A stretch of DNA of 58,211 bases from Polyangia bacterium (GCA_050287845.1 JBNKCR010000006.1:1-58211); one strand, 5' to 3'. Positions 30,335 through 41,500 are shown, counted from the first letter of the stretch. Notes: a model not told the origin generated them from the letters alone. Numbers and translations are program-made.

Positions 30335-30392
30335 TCCCGTCATCAATCCCGTCATCAATCGCGTCCCGTCATCAATTGCTCGGAGTGATTTT
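30335..30392 (+). repeat. Stuttered CCCGTCATCAAT x3 followed by the CTCGGAGTGATTTT motif
   Basis: Units at 30336, 30348, 30365; motif at 30379-30392. Confidence 0.85.
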
Positions 30393-30601
30393 CGGGTGGT
30401 AAAACGCAGCGGCGGATGTTTTTCTTATCGCGTATGTCGTGTTTCGTGGCTAAGCAGTCGTCGCATGAAGCTGAAGGGAAAGATTTTTTAAGTTTACAAA
30501 ACCGTTGCAAATCCTCGGTTCAAACAGGTATTCCCAAAAGAGATGAATTGAGACAGGGAGCAGCTGCAGGTGCACGTGACAAAAGATAAGGGGATAGACC
30601 G

Positions 30602-32311
30602 ATGAAAAGATGGGTTGTGGTGGTTATTTCTTTTATGGCGCTTTCGTTGGTAACCATAAAAGCGAACGCCATCACAATGCGCTATGCATTGATTATTGGA
30701 AATAATATTGGCGTTGATGAAAAAGGTGAAGAACCATTTCCGGCGTTGCTTCATGCGGAAAGTGAGGCAAAACGGCTTCGAAATCAATTGATCGACGTGT
30801 CCAATTTTGACGAAGACCCAAATAGAACGCGGCTGCTTGTTAATGCCACTGTTGATGACGTGACGCGTGCGTTTTTCGACCTCGCCCATCAAAGGGCAGC
30901 GGATCAGTCGCTGATAGGGGATATGGAATCCATTTTTTTTCTGTACTACACCGGTCATGGGCTATCGGGAAAATTATTGCTGAATGATGGTCCCATGTCT
31001 GGTGAAACCCTTACACGGTTGTTCAACCGGGTCGGTGCGGATTTCTCTATTGGTGTGTTTGATGCGTGCTATTCGGGGAGTCTTGATACCCTGTTGAAGA
31101 AAAAGGGGATTCGGCCCACCCGTGGTTTAAATATGGCCCAAAACATGCCGGACCAGGTGCTGTCGTCCAAAGGCAGCGTTTGGTTTGTATCAAGCGGCCC
31201 GGGGCAGCCCAGCTACGAAGATAAAAATATGGGAGGCGTGTTTACTCATTTTTTTATTGAAGCGCTGGAAAAGGCAGATGGCGACGGGCCGGGGATTACC
31301 CTGGCCAGCATATGGCAGTACGCACAGAAAAAAACAGTGGCATACACCATGCATCACAATCGCCATCAAACTCCTGAGCAGTTTGTTTCCCAAATGAGGT
31401 CGCAGGCGCCGCTGCTGTTTAGCTTCCCTGAAAGAGAAACCGCAACCCTGGTGTTGTCCAGGCAGCTGGAAGGCAGATATGCCCTGTCGTACGCAGATGG
31501 CCAGCTGGTGAAGTTTATCGATAAGAAGGCCGGCAGTACCAAAGAAATACTGGTGTATCCAGGTAAAGTGGAGTTGTATCTATTTGATGGTCTTGTAGGG
31601 AAGGAATCTGCCGCAGTGCAATTGAAAGCCGGGGATAAGCTGGTGGTCCATCCGTTGCCCGAAACGCTTCCCGAAACTGGTATTGGAAAAAAGGCGGACA
31701 CGCTTTTTACGAAAGGGATTGGCGAAGGGTCAGTAACGGCAACAAATATAACATCTGCGATTTCGTTCCTTTATGGGGGGGGGTATAGATTCTGTCGTTC
31801 GAATGAAAATCTGCTGTATCCGGCGCATCAGTTGCTGTTACCACTTCGGTTGGATACCGCCAGGGCATACGGTATCATACAGTTTTCGTTTGGCTTCAGG
31901 CAAGACGAGCGTTCATGGTCTGATACCCCGGTCATTCCAGGGGGAGCCATATCCGGTGGACGCCGTTTTCAGTTAGGAAAAACAGAATTGCAGCTGGGCG
32001 CCGGGCTGTATCTGGGACGCATCTGGCAAAAACTGACCGCCAGTGACACTGTGGCAGGCGACATCGCGGAGAATAATGCCGACTTGTCTGTCGATAACGC
32101 CGACGATGTCACGGAGAAAAAAGGCATCGTGTTTCAGCCGACAATTGAGGCGGGCGTTATTTTTCCCCGAAATTCGAGATTTCTTTTTGATGTATCCATT
32201 CATTGGGGACCCATGCGGGCGCCCCATGAGGGCAATGCAGAAAATGGCTACTGGACGTGGGGGGCCGGCGGCGTTTCGTTGACCATGTATTTTAAAGGTA
32301 TAACGTCATGA
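30602..32311 (+). CDS. Secreted caspase-family (peptidase C14) protein with a beta-strand-rich C-terminus
   Basis: Signal peptide; RYALIIGNN, catalytic His YYTGHG, catalytic Cys FDACYSG, GGVFTHFF; C-terminal amphipathic beta strands. Confidence 0.85.
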   Translation: MKRWVVVVISFMALSLVTIKANAITMRYALIIGNNIGVDEKGEEPFPALLHAESEAKRLRNQLIDVSNFDEDPNRTRLLVNATVDDVTRAFFDLAHQRAADQSLIGDMESIFFLYYTGHGLSGKLLLNDGPMSGETLTRLFNRVGADFSIGVFDACYSGSLDTLLKKKGIRPTRGLNMAQNMPDQVLSSKGSVWFVSSGPGQPSYEDKNMGGVFTHFFIEALEKADGDGPGITLASIWQYAQKKTVAYTMHHNRHQTPEQFVSQMRSQAPLLFSFPERETATLVLSRQLEGRYALSYADGQLVKFIDKKAGSTKEILVYPGKVELYLFDGLVGKESAAVQLKAGDKLVVHPLPETLPETGIGKKADTLFTKGIGEGSVTATNITSAISFLYGGGYRFCRSNENLLYPAHQLLLPLRLDTARAYGIIQFSFGFRQDERSWSDTPVIPGGAISGGRRFQLGKTELQLGAGLYLGRIWQKLTASDTVAGDIAENNADLSVDNADDVTEKKGIVFQPTIEAGVIFPRNSRFLFDVSIHWGPMRAPHEGNAENGYWTWGAGGVSLTMYFKGITS

Positions 32312-33825
32312 CCCCCGTCAGCCGAAGACGATACTCGTGGATATGGTTGGGGGGCGTTTTTATATCAGGGATAATATGGGGATGTGATGCAATTCCAGCT
32401 GTCTGCGATAGAGATATTGATTGCGATGTAAAAAGGGGTGAGACTTGTGATGCAAAGACTCATGCGTGTATTGGTAAAGTGTGGGATTCAGAACAATCTG
32501 CAAATCCGGTCATTGTTTCGGGAGCGGGCGTGGATACAGATACAGCTACCGGAACGGATACGGATACGGATGCTGATCCAGTCGCGGACACAGTCACGGA
32601 CACAGTCACAAACATAGACATCAGCACGGCAGACTCAGACCCCGTTTCAGAGGATACTGGCACAGGGAATCGCACCGTGGGGACGGAAGCAGATACGGTC
32701 ACAACGGAAGTAGACCCGGACACGGGCACCGCCACTATCGATACGGTGCCAATCGCAGATGAGGAAGACGAAGACGTCGCCGTAACAGACAGCGTCAACG
32801 ATACCGCGGACACAGACACTATCGAGACGGACACTGTCATGGACACGGTCGTGGCGGATACGTATATCTCCACCGGTGATGAGTACACGGATACAGATAC
32901 ATATCCCGAATCAGCGAGTTGTCACGGCCTTCCCAACAATTGTGGCCCCAATGGCAACCTTGATTGCTGTGCGTCGAGTGTGGTGGAAGGCGGTACATTT
33001 TATCGCAACAATGATACCGAGCTGCCGGCAACGATTAGTTCATTTCGTTTGGACAATTACGAGGTCTCCGTGGGCAGGTTCAGGACCTTTTTGGAAAATG
33101 CCAAAGGGTATACCCCTCCTGCCGGTTCAGGAAAGAACCCCGGTAATCCCAATGACCAGGGGTGGGACGAGGACTGGAACCCGGCGTTGAGTTTCCCGGC
33201 TGACAGCGCATCCCTCACAGCGCTGCTTCAATGCGAAGTAGAGAACTATGAAGGCAGAGATTACTTCACCTGGACAGAAACCCCTGCTGATAACGAGAGG
33301 CGTCCCATCAACTGCATCACCTGGTTTGAAGCCTTTGCGTTTTGCATTTGGGATGGCGGTCGTCTCCCGACCGATGCGGAATGGAACTATGCGGCCCTGG
33401 GGGGCGACGAGCAGCGGATTTTTCCGTGGTCGTCATCGGACGGTTCTGACCCGTATGGCAATTACAGTAACTATTACATCAACGACGACCACGCCAGTTT
33501 TTACAACGGAGAGACATGTCTTGGGGACGGTATTCCGGGGTGTACCGTGGGGGATCTGGTTTTCGTCGGCACAAAGCCCAAAGGGAATGGCCGTTTTGGA
33601 CAATCGGACTTGACGGGCAATGTGTGGGAATGGGTGCTGGACTGGTATGAAAACTATCCAATCGATTGTGTAGACTGCAGCAATTTATCCCCTGGAACCC
33701 AGCGCGCCGGCCGAGGCGGCGGGTTCCTGAGCTACGTTCGCAACCTGGCAATGACTGGTCGCAGCGGTGACCCCCCCACCACGCGACATTTTGCAACAGG
33801 AGTGCGATGCGCAAGGGGGCTTTAG
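32308..33825 (+). CDS. FGE-sulfatase/SUMF1-domain lipoprotein with Asp/Thr-rich linker
   Basis: IIWGC lipobox; DTDT-rich spacer; FRLDNYEVSVGRF, PINCITW.EA..FC, RLPTDAEW, DLTGNVWEW, GVRCAR; ATGA overlap with the caspase gene. Confidence 0.9.
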   Translation: MTPVSRRRYSWIWLGGVFISGIIWGCDAIPAVCDRDIDCDVKRGETCDAKTHACIGKVWDSEQSANPVIVSGAGVDTDTATGTDTDTDADPVADTVTDTVTNIDISTADSDPVSEDTGTGNRTVGTEADTVTTEVDPDTGTATIDTVPIADEEDEDVAVTDSVNDTADTDTIETDTVMDTVVADTYISTGDEYTDTDTYPESASCHGLPNNCGPNGNLDCCASSVVEGGTFYRNNDTELPATISSFRLDNYEVSVGRFRTFLENAKGYTPPAGSGKNPGNPNDQGWDEDWNPALSFPADSASLTALLQCEVENYEGRDYFTWTETPADNERRPINCITWFEAFAFCIWDGGRLPTDAEWNYAALGGDEQRIFPWSSSDGSDPYGNYSNYYINDDHASFYNGETCLGDGIPGCTVGDLVFVGTKPKGNGRFGQSDLTGNVWEWVLDWYENYPIDCVDCSNLSPGTQRAGRGGGFLSYVRNLAMTGRSGDPPTTRHFATGVRCARGL

Positions 33826-33936
33826 GGTAATAACAGGGACGTTTCTAACTTGATCCCGACGAAGAAACCCCTAAAAATTTCGCGCGAAAAATTTTAAAAA
33901 GGCGTTTTTATAATCCAACACCAAAAGGAAAACACA

Positions 33937-35046
33937 ATGAGAAAAGGCATGGGAAAGCGCGTGCTCCTTTTTATTGGCAGTATTTTCATGCTGCTGGTGC
34001 TTTATTTACTGCTCTGGCCAGTCCCCGTGAGCCCCAAAGCCTGGGCTGCGCCTGCATTTGCAGGCTATGTGGGGGATTTTGCACCCAACGAAAAACTGAA
34101 ATCCGTAGAATTGCTCGACATTGGCAACAACGCGGGTCCCGAAAGCGTGGCCATCAACTCAAAGGGCGACCGTTTCGCCGCCATGCACGATGGCACAATT
34201 ATTCGCGTGGCAGCTGGCAGCGACACTCCGGAAAACTGGGTCAACACCGAGGGGCGTCCCCTGGGCATTGTTTTTGATACCGATGACAATCTGATTGTAG
34301 CCGACCCGTTCAACGGCCTGATGCGTATCGCACCGGATAAAAAGAAAACCCTGCTCACCAACAGGGTTGATGACCGCCCCCTGTGTTATATCAACAACGC
34401 GGACATTGCGTCGGACGGAAAAATTTACTTTTCCGACTCATCATCAAAATTTTGCGCCAAAGCCTGGGGGGGCACCTATCCGGCCAGTCTTCTCGACATT
34501 ATGGAGCACGGCGGCCACGGGCGTTTGCTAGTGTACAATCCAAAAGACGGGACCACCCGCACCCTGCTCAAGGGACTCAATTTTGCCAATGGCGTCGCGT
34601 TGGACCCCAATGAACAATTCGTGCTGGTGGTTGAAACATCGGCATATCGCATCATCCGCTACTGGCTCAAAGGCCCTAAAGCAGGGTCTCGCGATGTGCT
34701 CATTGAGAATCTGCCGGCATTCCCTGACAATCTGACCACCGGCAGAAATGGGCGATTCTGGGTTGGATTCATATCGCCCCGCAGCGTCCCCCTGGACAAA
34801 TTTGCAGACAACCCCTTTGTCCGAAAAATGATTCAGCGCCTGCCCGCGAGTTTCCGCCCCAAAGCCAAACCGTACGGTCATATAACTGCCATCAGCACCC
34901 GTGGCAAAGTCGTCATGGATTTACAGGACCCCAGCGCCCGGTACCCCATGATCACCGAAGCGGTGGAAACCGACAGATACATTTACCTGGGCAGCCTCTT
35001 CGCCACCAGCCTGGGCCGAATCTCCAAATCCAAAATCGGGCTTTGA
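33937..35046 (+). CDS. Strictosidine synthase / SMP-30 family beta-propeller
   Basis: N-terminal TM; GPES, GRPLG, IYFSDSS, GRLLVY, FANGVAL, FPDN. Confidence 0.92.
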   Translation: MRKGMGKRVLLFIGSIFMLLVLYLLLWPVPVSPKAWAAPAFAGYVGDFAPNEKLKSVELLDIGNNAGPESVAINSKGDRFAAMHDGTIIRVAAGSDTPENWVNTEGRPLGIVFDTDDNLIVADPFNGLMRIAPDKKKTLLTNRVDDRPLCYINNADIASDGKIYFSDSSSKFCAKAWGGTYPASLLDIMEHGGHGRLLVYNPKDGTTRTLLKGLNFANGVALDPNEQFVLVVETSAYRIIRYWLKGPKAGSRDVLIENLPAFPDNLTTGRNGRFWVGFISPRSVPLDKFADNPFVRKMIQRLPASFRPKAKPYGHITAISTRGKVVMDLQDPSARYPMITEAVETDRYIYLGSLFATSLGRISKSKIGL

Positions 35047-35527
35047 ATCGAAAGATCACAAAAAAATGAACCGGTTTCCGTTCGTTCTGCTGCAGCATTG
35101 ATATGCTGCGCCGTAAAAAACGCCCGTCTTAATTGTGGTTGTCTGGTTGCGCCATTTGGCCGGAAAGGACAAAGTCTCCATGAGCTTGAGAACTTTTTCA
35201 AAATTACTCGGCATTTTGTCAATAGGAGTCATTCTCCACGCGTGTCATCAGACAAATGAGGTATACACTACCGGGCAATAGCTACCCTAAATGTGGCCAT
35301 CCCGCTTTTGTTTTTAAAACGTTGTCGGTTGGGATATTACACATGCAACGGGTAAAGGTGAGCCATCGAATCAGGCTGTCGCGTTTCCATTGACCTCCCC
35401 ACCCAAAGAGATTTTTTGGGGTATACAAAACGGTCGTGAGTCGTCGGTGTCTGCTGAAATAAAAATCAGCAGATGAATGGCTGTTTGTGCGGGTAGTACC
35501 GTCGCTCTGTCGCCTTTTTATCTGATT

Positions 35528-37831
35528 TCAGTAGCTGCAGTAGTTTATCCCGGATACATCATGGCAGGTGGCGCCCCCGGCGCATTGGCCCTTGCATGTG
35601 GATGCACCATCTGGGCACTGACAATTGCATCTGGTGTATGGCGTGCCGTTTGTATCCCAGCAGGTGGCCGAGCTGCCGTAGCCAAAGTCTCGACACTGGG
35701 CGTTACTGTGATCACACGCGCAGATGTAGTTTCCGGTGTGGGAAGAGTTCTGCACACAGGAGTTGGACCCGCAATTTATGCCGCATGCGCCGCAATTGCT
35801 TTTTGATTTTAAAGACACACATTTTCCGCTGCAGCATCTGGAATAGGAACCACAGGATTTCTGGTTGCAGTCCGAATCTGCGCAATCGGTCTTTCCATCA
35901 CAGTCGTTGTCTTTACCGTCGCTGCAGTTGGTCTCCTTTGTTCCCCCCGGGCACTTGCAGCTTGTGCCGGCGCATTTTTTACCATTGGAACCGCATGTTT
36001 TGCCGTTGCAGTTGCTGTCACTGCAATCCTTTTTACCATCACAGTCGTTGTCTTTTCCATCGTTGCAGGTCGTTTCCTCTGTTCCCCCCGGGCACTTGCA
36101 GCTTGTGCCGGCGCATTTTTTGCCGTTTGATCCACAGGTTTTGCCGTTGCAGTTGCTGTCGCTGCAGTCTTTTTTTCCGTCGCAGTCGTTGTCCTTTCCG
36201 TCATTACAAGTGGATTCGCTGGATTGTCCTCCCGAGCAGTTGCATGAAAGGCTTTCGCAAAAGTACCCGAAATCCGCGCATGCTTCATCTTCACAATTAA
36301 CGTCTGCACAGTCTGTGGCGCCGTTACAGTCGTTGTCGATGCCATCATCACAGGTGGTCTCCATAGACTGGCCACCGGAGCACACACAGGAAGTGCCGTC
36401 ACAAACAAACCCGAACGGGCCACACTTCAAGTCGCTGCAGTTTTCGTCTGCGCAATCAATTAAACCGTCACAGTCGTTATCTTCACCGTCATCACATGTG
36501 GTTTCGCTCATCTCGCATCCGGGGTCGCGGGGGCCATCCTTGCAGCCGATGCGGACAATTTCAACAGTGGTTCCTGTCGGATTGGACCCCAGGATGCCTG
36601 GATTGAGGCCTGCCACGCCCACTGCCTCTTTGGGGACATACAGAACATCAATGGCGCGTTCCTCAAAATACTCAATGATGGGTTCGCAGGTGTATTCAAT
36701 CAATACGCCGGGAACGTCGGTCTGGTAGTAACTCGCTTCGGGAATTTCATTTTCGCTTTTGAACATATTGTACTTGTCACGGTCACAGCGCAGGGCCACC
36801 TGTGTTTCGCCATCCTGTGGCAGTGTATCGAAGAAGTCCTCGTCGACCGGGTGCTCAATAATGTCATTAAGGGTGAATCCCAACGCGCCAACAATTGACA
36901 TTATATCGGCGTTGCTGCAATCAATGGGATAACTGCGTTTATTGCCCTCTGCGTCTTCCTGTACGAAAAAAAGAGTTTTCGGACGTGGATAGTAAGGCTC
37001 TTCATCAAAATCAAAATATTCGACGTTCCAGAGTTCGCCTTTCGCCCATTCGAATTGATACGGAATCTGCGGCGCGGGTGTGGGGTCCGGAAAACGTTCC
37101 GTCACACTTTCTTCGCCGTTTTTTGCGTCGTAGCAACTGACGACTTTTAGTTTGAACGGCCCGCCTGTGGCAGCGGTAATTCTATCGAGAAGACTCCGGT
37201 TTATGGGAATGGTGTTCGCTTCGGCATCGAAGTTTCTTCCTGTAAACACATTGAAAAAGTTCTGACAACTAATGGCATAAACAGTATAGGGGTCATCTCT
37301 CAGCAGGGCATAGTATTGGCTCTCTTCTTCGATAATCACCTTTTCTGTATCGTCTTCTTCATTCCAATCCACCACGCGCATCGCGTAGCCAACAGCGTTT
37401 TCCCCCAGCGACAGTTCAACCGGATCCAGGTCCGGCGGCACCTGGGCCCGCAAATCATCCCAGCTGATTATGGGCAACCAGAAACTCGGTGTGTAGGGAA
37501 ATCCAAACCCCTTCTGGGCCAGGCCTAAATTTGTTTCAAATACATCACTGTCACGCAGCGGAATTTGAAACATACTCGTCCATTCCATATCTTCACTGCC
37601 TTTGGTCAACACCACCAGCGCCTCAACGCCGTCCGGAAACGACACCAGATGAAACTGCGTATAGTCATCATGGTCAGAGATAAGCTCCACCGGCGACCCC
37701 CGCCGCTCCGCCATTTTTACCCCCCCCTTTTCATCGGAACAACTGAGCATAAACGCCGTAAGCCCCGCCAATACCGACAACGACGTCATGCCAATTTTCA
37801 TCAATAGACTCCAGTTGATTAACCACTTCAT
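35528..37831 (-). CDS. Lipoprotein with C-terminal Cys-rich DNDCDG repeats
   Basis: AAGGAGG RBS; FMLSC lipobox; five CxDGxDNDCxG units; terminal NCGACG Cys-rich tail. Confidence 0.85.
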   Translation of the reverse strand: MKWLINWSLLMKIGMTSLSVLAGLTAFMLSCSDEKGGVKMAERRGSPVELISDHDDYTQFHLVSFPDGVEALVVLTKGSEDMEWTSMFQIPLRDSDVFETNLGLAQKGFGFPYTPSFWLPIISWDDLRAQVPPDLDPVELSLGENAVGYAMRVVDWNEEDDTEKVIIEEESQYYALLRDDPYTVYAISCQNFFNVFTGRNFDAEANTIPINRSLLDRITAATGGPFKLKVVSCYDAKNGEESVTERFPDPTPAPQIPYQFEWAKGELWNVEYFDFDEEPYYPRPKTLFFVQEDAEGNKRSYPIDCSNADIMSIVGALGFTLNDIIEHPVDEDFFDTLPQDGETQVALRCDRDKYNMFKSENEIPEASYYQTDVPGVLIEYTCEPIIEYFEERAIDVLYVPKEAVGVAGLNPGILGSNPTGTTVEIVRIGCKDGPRDPGCEMSETTCDDGEDNDCDGLIDCADENCSDLKCGPFGFVCDGTSCVCSGGQSMETTCDDGIDNDCNGATDCADVNCEDEACADFGYFCESLSCNCSGGQSSESTCNDGKDNDCDGKKDCSDSNCNGKTCGSNGKKCAGTSCKCPGGTEETTCNDGKDNDCDGKKDCSDSNCNGKTCGSNGKKCAGTSCKCPGGTKETNCSDGKDNDCDGKTDCADSDCNQKSCGSYSRCCSGKCVSLKSKSNCGACGINCGSNSCVQNSSHTGNYICACDHSNAQCRDFGYGSSATCWDTNGTPYTRCNCQCPDGASTCKGQCAGGATCHDVSGINYCSY
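35860..36517 (-). repeat. Intragenic tandem repeat with 141-144 bp period (5 units)
   Basis: CAGTCGTT anchors at 35901, 36042, 36183, 36327, 36471. Confidence 0.9.
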
Positions 37832-37904
37832 TTTTACCTCCTTGTCGATATGGAGGGTGTTGTTCCAAACCCATTTTAACTTTCAGCAACACCCTCACCA
37901 CCGC

Positions 37905-37935
37905 GCAGGGGGCAGGCGGTGTGCCTGCCCCCTGC
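37905..37935. repeat. Perfect 13-bp hairpin (REP-like or terminator-like)
   Basis: GCAGGGGGCAGGC-GGTGT-GCCTGCCCCCTGC between the candidate immunity gene and the Cys-rich lipoprotein gene. Confidence 0.7.
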
Positions 37936-38167
37936 AAAATCCACGCGAATGATTTTACGTCTCTTGTTATGGAAAACAGCGTTTACGCGCCGGGATAGAC
38001 ATGACTCCACACGGCACGCCCCTAAGTTTGCTTTCTATTCAATAGACGAAAACATCATGGCAAAAGTTGCAGAAAATTTCAGTGTTTAGATTAGCGTTGC
38101 CCTGGCAAGCAAAATACAAATGGTCAGTTCAGTAATTCAGAGCTACGACAAAATGGATTTAAACGTT

Positions 38168-38509
38168 TCATTGTAGGTCTAAATTCTCTTTTATTTCGAT
38201 CGCCAAGCAAAGAACTTCAAAATTCGAACGTGTATCTATCAATCGAAATTGTATTTCTGTAGCAGAAAGAACGAGAATTGTAACCTCAATATTACAATTA
38301 TCCCACTCAACAGGGCCTGATATTCTTGTGGGTTCCAGGCAACTCAGGACTAGATTTTTTTTGTGAAGATCCTGTTGACCTAAAACTATTTTCAAGGTTC
38401 TGTGAGAACTGGTCATCTCCCATAACTGAGCATGTGAACCCTTCCATTTTTTCAGAAATGTTTTAGATGATTTTAGAATTTTTTCGTAATATTGATTTAC
38501 GTTATCCAT
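38168..38509 (-). CDS. Candidate immunity protein (113 aa)
   Basis: Starts 13 bp after the RHS stop with AAGGA RBS; no signal peptide; very AT-rich (11/60 GC at 38461-38520). Confidence 0.7.
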   Translation of the reverse strand: MDNVNQYYEKILKSSKTFLKKWKGSHAQLWEMTSSHRTLKIVLGQQDLHKKNLVLSCLEPTRISGPVEWDNCNIEVTILVLSATEIQFRLIDTRSNFEVLCLAIEIKENLDLQ

Positions 38510-38522
38510 TATTTTTCTATCC

Positions 38523-41500
38523 TTAAAAGGGCGACTCAACCGCCTTGTTATTGCGATAAAAAGTAGTTTTCGCCAGAGCTGATGGGGTGTTTGCAATATA
38601 GTGCAGTTCAGCATGGGTTATATTGCCTTTAGTGAAACCACGCGCGCCAGCATTTACAGCTGCTGATGGGTCAGGTATTCCGTCAAGCGAAAAATGTATT
38701 CTGTCAGCACGTTTTACAGCGTCATGAAGAGCACGACCAAACCGATTTGTCACAGTTCTGCGAGTAATACCATCTTTAGCCCATGAAGGATATGCAGAGG
38801 CGCCCGTCTTTTTCGCTAAAGCCTTTAATCCTCCAATTGCCAGATCCTTTCCCAGGGCGATTTGCTTGTATTTTTTAGTAGAGGATGAAATTTTATTTTT
38901 TGATACTGTATGGATTTTGTGAGCATTCTTGTGATGCTTCTCAAACCCACTCTCATCCACAAAATTAACCGGATCATGCCCCACATACGTGTAAAGATTG
39001 CACTCCAAAGTGCTTCCAACACATTCCTCCGGGTTTGCCAGGAACCAGGGATCAGGTGTGACGAAGGCGCCTATGCCGGGAAGATAGTCCCTTGCCCCCA
39101 TGAGAACGAGGCCACTCTCCTCATCCGCTACCTGCCCGGTAAAACTGGCCACCAGCTCCATGCTCGACAGTGGTACCTGTTCCCGGTTATCCGTGTCACC
39201 AATATGTCCGTACGGCGTAAACCGCCACGACCCGATAACCGCACTTCCATCTTCCCCAACAACCCCTTCCACAGCGCCCACCTGATTGGTCAGCAAACTG
39301 TACACCCGCTCCCCGTTCACAATCAGCGCCAGACGTTTGCCGTCCACGCGAATGAGACTTTGACGCTCCTGACCATTATCTCTTGTTGTTGCTGTTGGAT
39401 AGGTGACCAGCGTATCCTCGCCGCCGGAGTCCCTCGAAATACGTCGCCCCAGTGCGGAATAGCCGAATGCCAGATGCTTGTCCGGCAGCTCGATTTTTCG
39501 AATGCGTCCCTGCGGATCGTAGTCAATATTGCGCAGATTACCGCATGACTTCACACGGCCGAAGCCATCCAGCTGGCAGCTGCCATCTGTGGGCAATGCT
39601 ACGGGCAGGTCTTCTCTGCTGAATTCGCCCCCTGGTATGTCGCCCAGTGTGATGGCATGACCGGCAGCGTCGTAGGTATTGCTGAACGTGTGATCGCCCC
39701 ATTGGGTCTTTGCCAGCTCCTTGCGGGGACTGTACGCAAAGCTCATGGTAAAATCGCCATCTCGGACGAATGTCAAACGACCATCGGCGCGGTGGGTGTA
39801 GCTGGTTTGTTGAACGCAGGTTTCAGAGGCGTCTTTGCAGATTTGTCCCCCCAGCAGCCAGCCTGTTGAAGTGTCGTACGCTGCGGTGTGAATCAGACCG
39901 TCATACGGTGTTGAAAATGACGTCACCTGATTTCTCGCATTGTAGGTCACATGGTCCATTAATGGCGCTGTGGTCTTCTCTGACGACCAGATGATGCCCG
40001 TCAAATCGCCCGAAGCGGCGCGCAAATGAGACAGTTCGTTGCCAAAGGGATCGGTATACGATAGTAGCAGGCCCCCTTGCGAATACACATACGACGCTTC
40101 ATAGGACCGCGGGGTTTCTACACCATCCAGCGTGCTCAGATGCCGGCGCAGGCGACCCTGTTTGTCGTAACTGAACTGCTCCTCGTACGTTCTGCCAAGT
40201 AAATTATCTGTGGCGACGGCCCGCACCATGCGACCGATTTGGCTCGCATCATCCTCAGCGGCGCCATCGTAATACCACTCGGATACCTCCACAGACTCTG
40301 TCGCTTCATCGCCTTTTCCACGAATCTGCTCCGCGCGAACGGGTCTGTCCAGCGTATCGTACTCAAACGCAATGCGCTCCCATGACGACAAATCCCTGTC
40401 GTGGCTCATTTGCTGAACCGTTCGTCCCCGCTCATCCCGCATCCACACGCGGCTGAGTCCGCCGGGAATACTTGTCCAGACCAGGTTGCCCGCGGAGTCG
40501 TGGCGCATGGGCCGCGGGGTTTGTTCCAGAGGCAGTCGAATCGACAGCAGATTGCCCAGTGCGTCGCGCGTAAAATTGAAAACGGCGTCCCGCTCATCGA
40601 TTATTGCATAGGTTTCGTTTGTACGGCCCACATAGGACCGGTGCTGAATCTGGCCATCGATGCTTTCCTGCCGGTCAACGCCCCATGTTTCATAGGTATA
40701 GGTGCTCTGGTGCAGGCCCGTTACATTTTGCTCCCGTGCAATGCGGCCCAGCGCATCGTAGCCCATACATCTGGCCACACCCGTTGCACACTCAATGATC
40801 CATGGCGCTGCAGGAAACACACCGGCGCTGAAATAGTCCGCAGGAAGCTGGTCTGTCTGGTAGGGAATTAAATCCGCCACCGGCGATCCCCGACGACCGT
40901 AAACCACGTGACGGTCAACCCGGGTTTGTCCCGCCGCGTTATCGCCGGCAACGCCAATCGGTACGCCATCGGCCCAGAAGGCCAGCAGCTTCTGACTTTC
41001 GAGTGTATCGGTGGTGACTTCTCTGATGAGCTGCAGCTGCACGCCGGAAGCGTCGGCTTTGCGATAGGCGATACGTGTCTGATTGCCTTCCGAACTGGTC
41101 AAAAGGACAGGGCGCTGCAGGGAATCGTAAGCAATGGTTTGAGTTTCGCCCTGAGGCGTTGTGATTTGTGTGGCACTGAGGTACCCCGGCGAATAGTCTA
41201 TTTGTGTGGTATGGCCGAGATCGTTGCGCTCAGCAGTGAGTCGCACGCCGGTATCGTCGTATACCAACTGTTGCATCACGCCGATGTCGTCTTGCTGCAG
41301 CAAAATATTTTTGTATGCGTCATAGGCATAACTCACGCGATGGCGACGTTCCGCGGGCAGCTCTGACTGCAGTTGTTCCGGTATATCCCGAGTGTCGGTG
41401 AAAACTGTCTCAGTGACACTGGCGGGGTACGGCATAGGGGTTTCGTAGCTGTATTCAGTATGGCCAAGGGTCTGCCCGGTGTCATCGGTCAGCATCTTCT

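Noticed and set aside
32308..33825. Diversity-generating retroelement target (FGE/C-type-lectin fold)
   Set aside because: No reverse transcriptase gene, and I saw no second adenine-variant copy of the 3' end in the window
35451..35472. Hairpin CTGCTGA-N8-TCAGCAG as an intrinsic terminator
   Set aside because: Only a 7-bp stem and no U-tract on the expected (minus) strand; too weak to call
35596..36728. Plus-strand repetitive ORFs (234 and 287 aa)
   Set aside because: Antisense reading of the Cys-rich repeat gene
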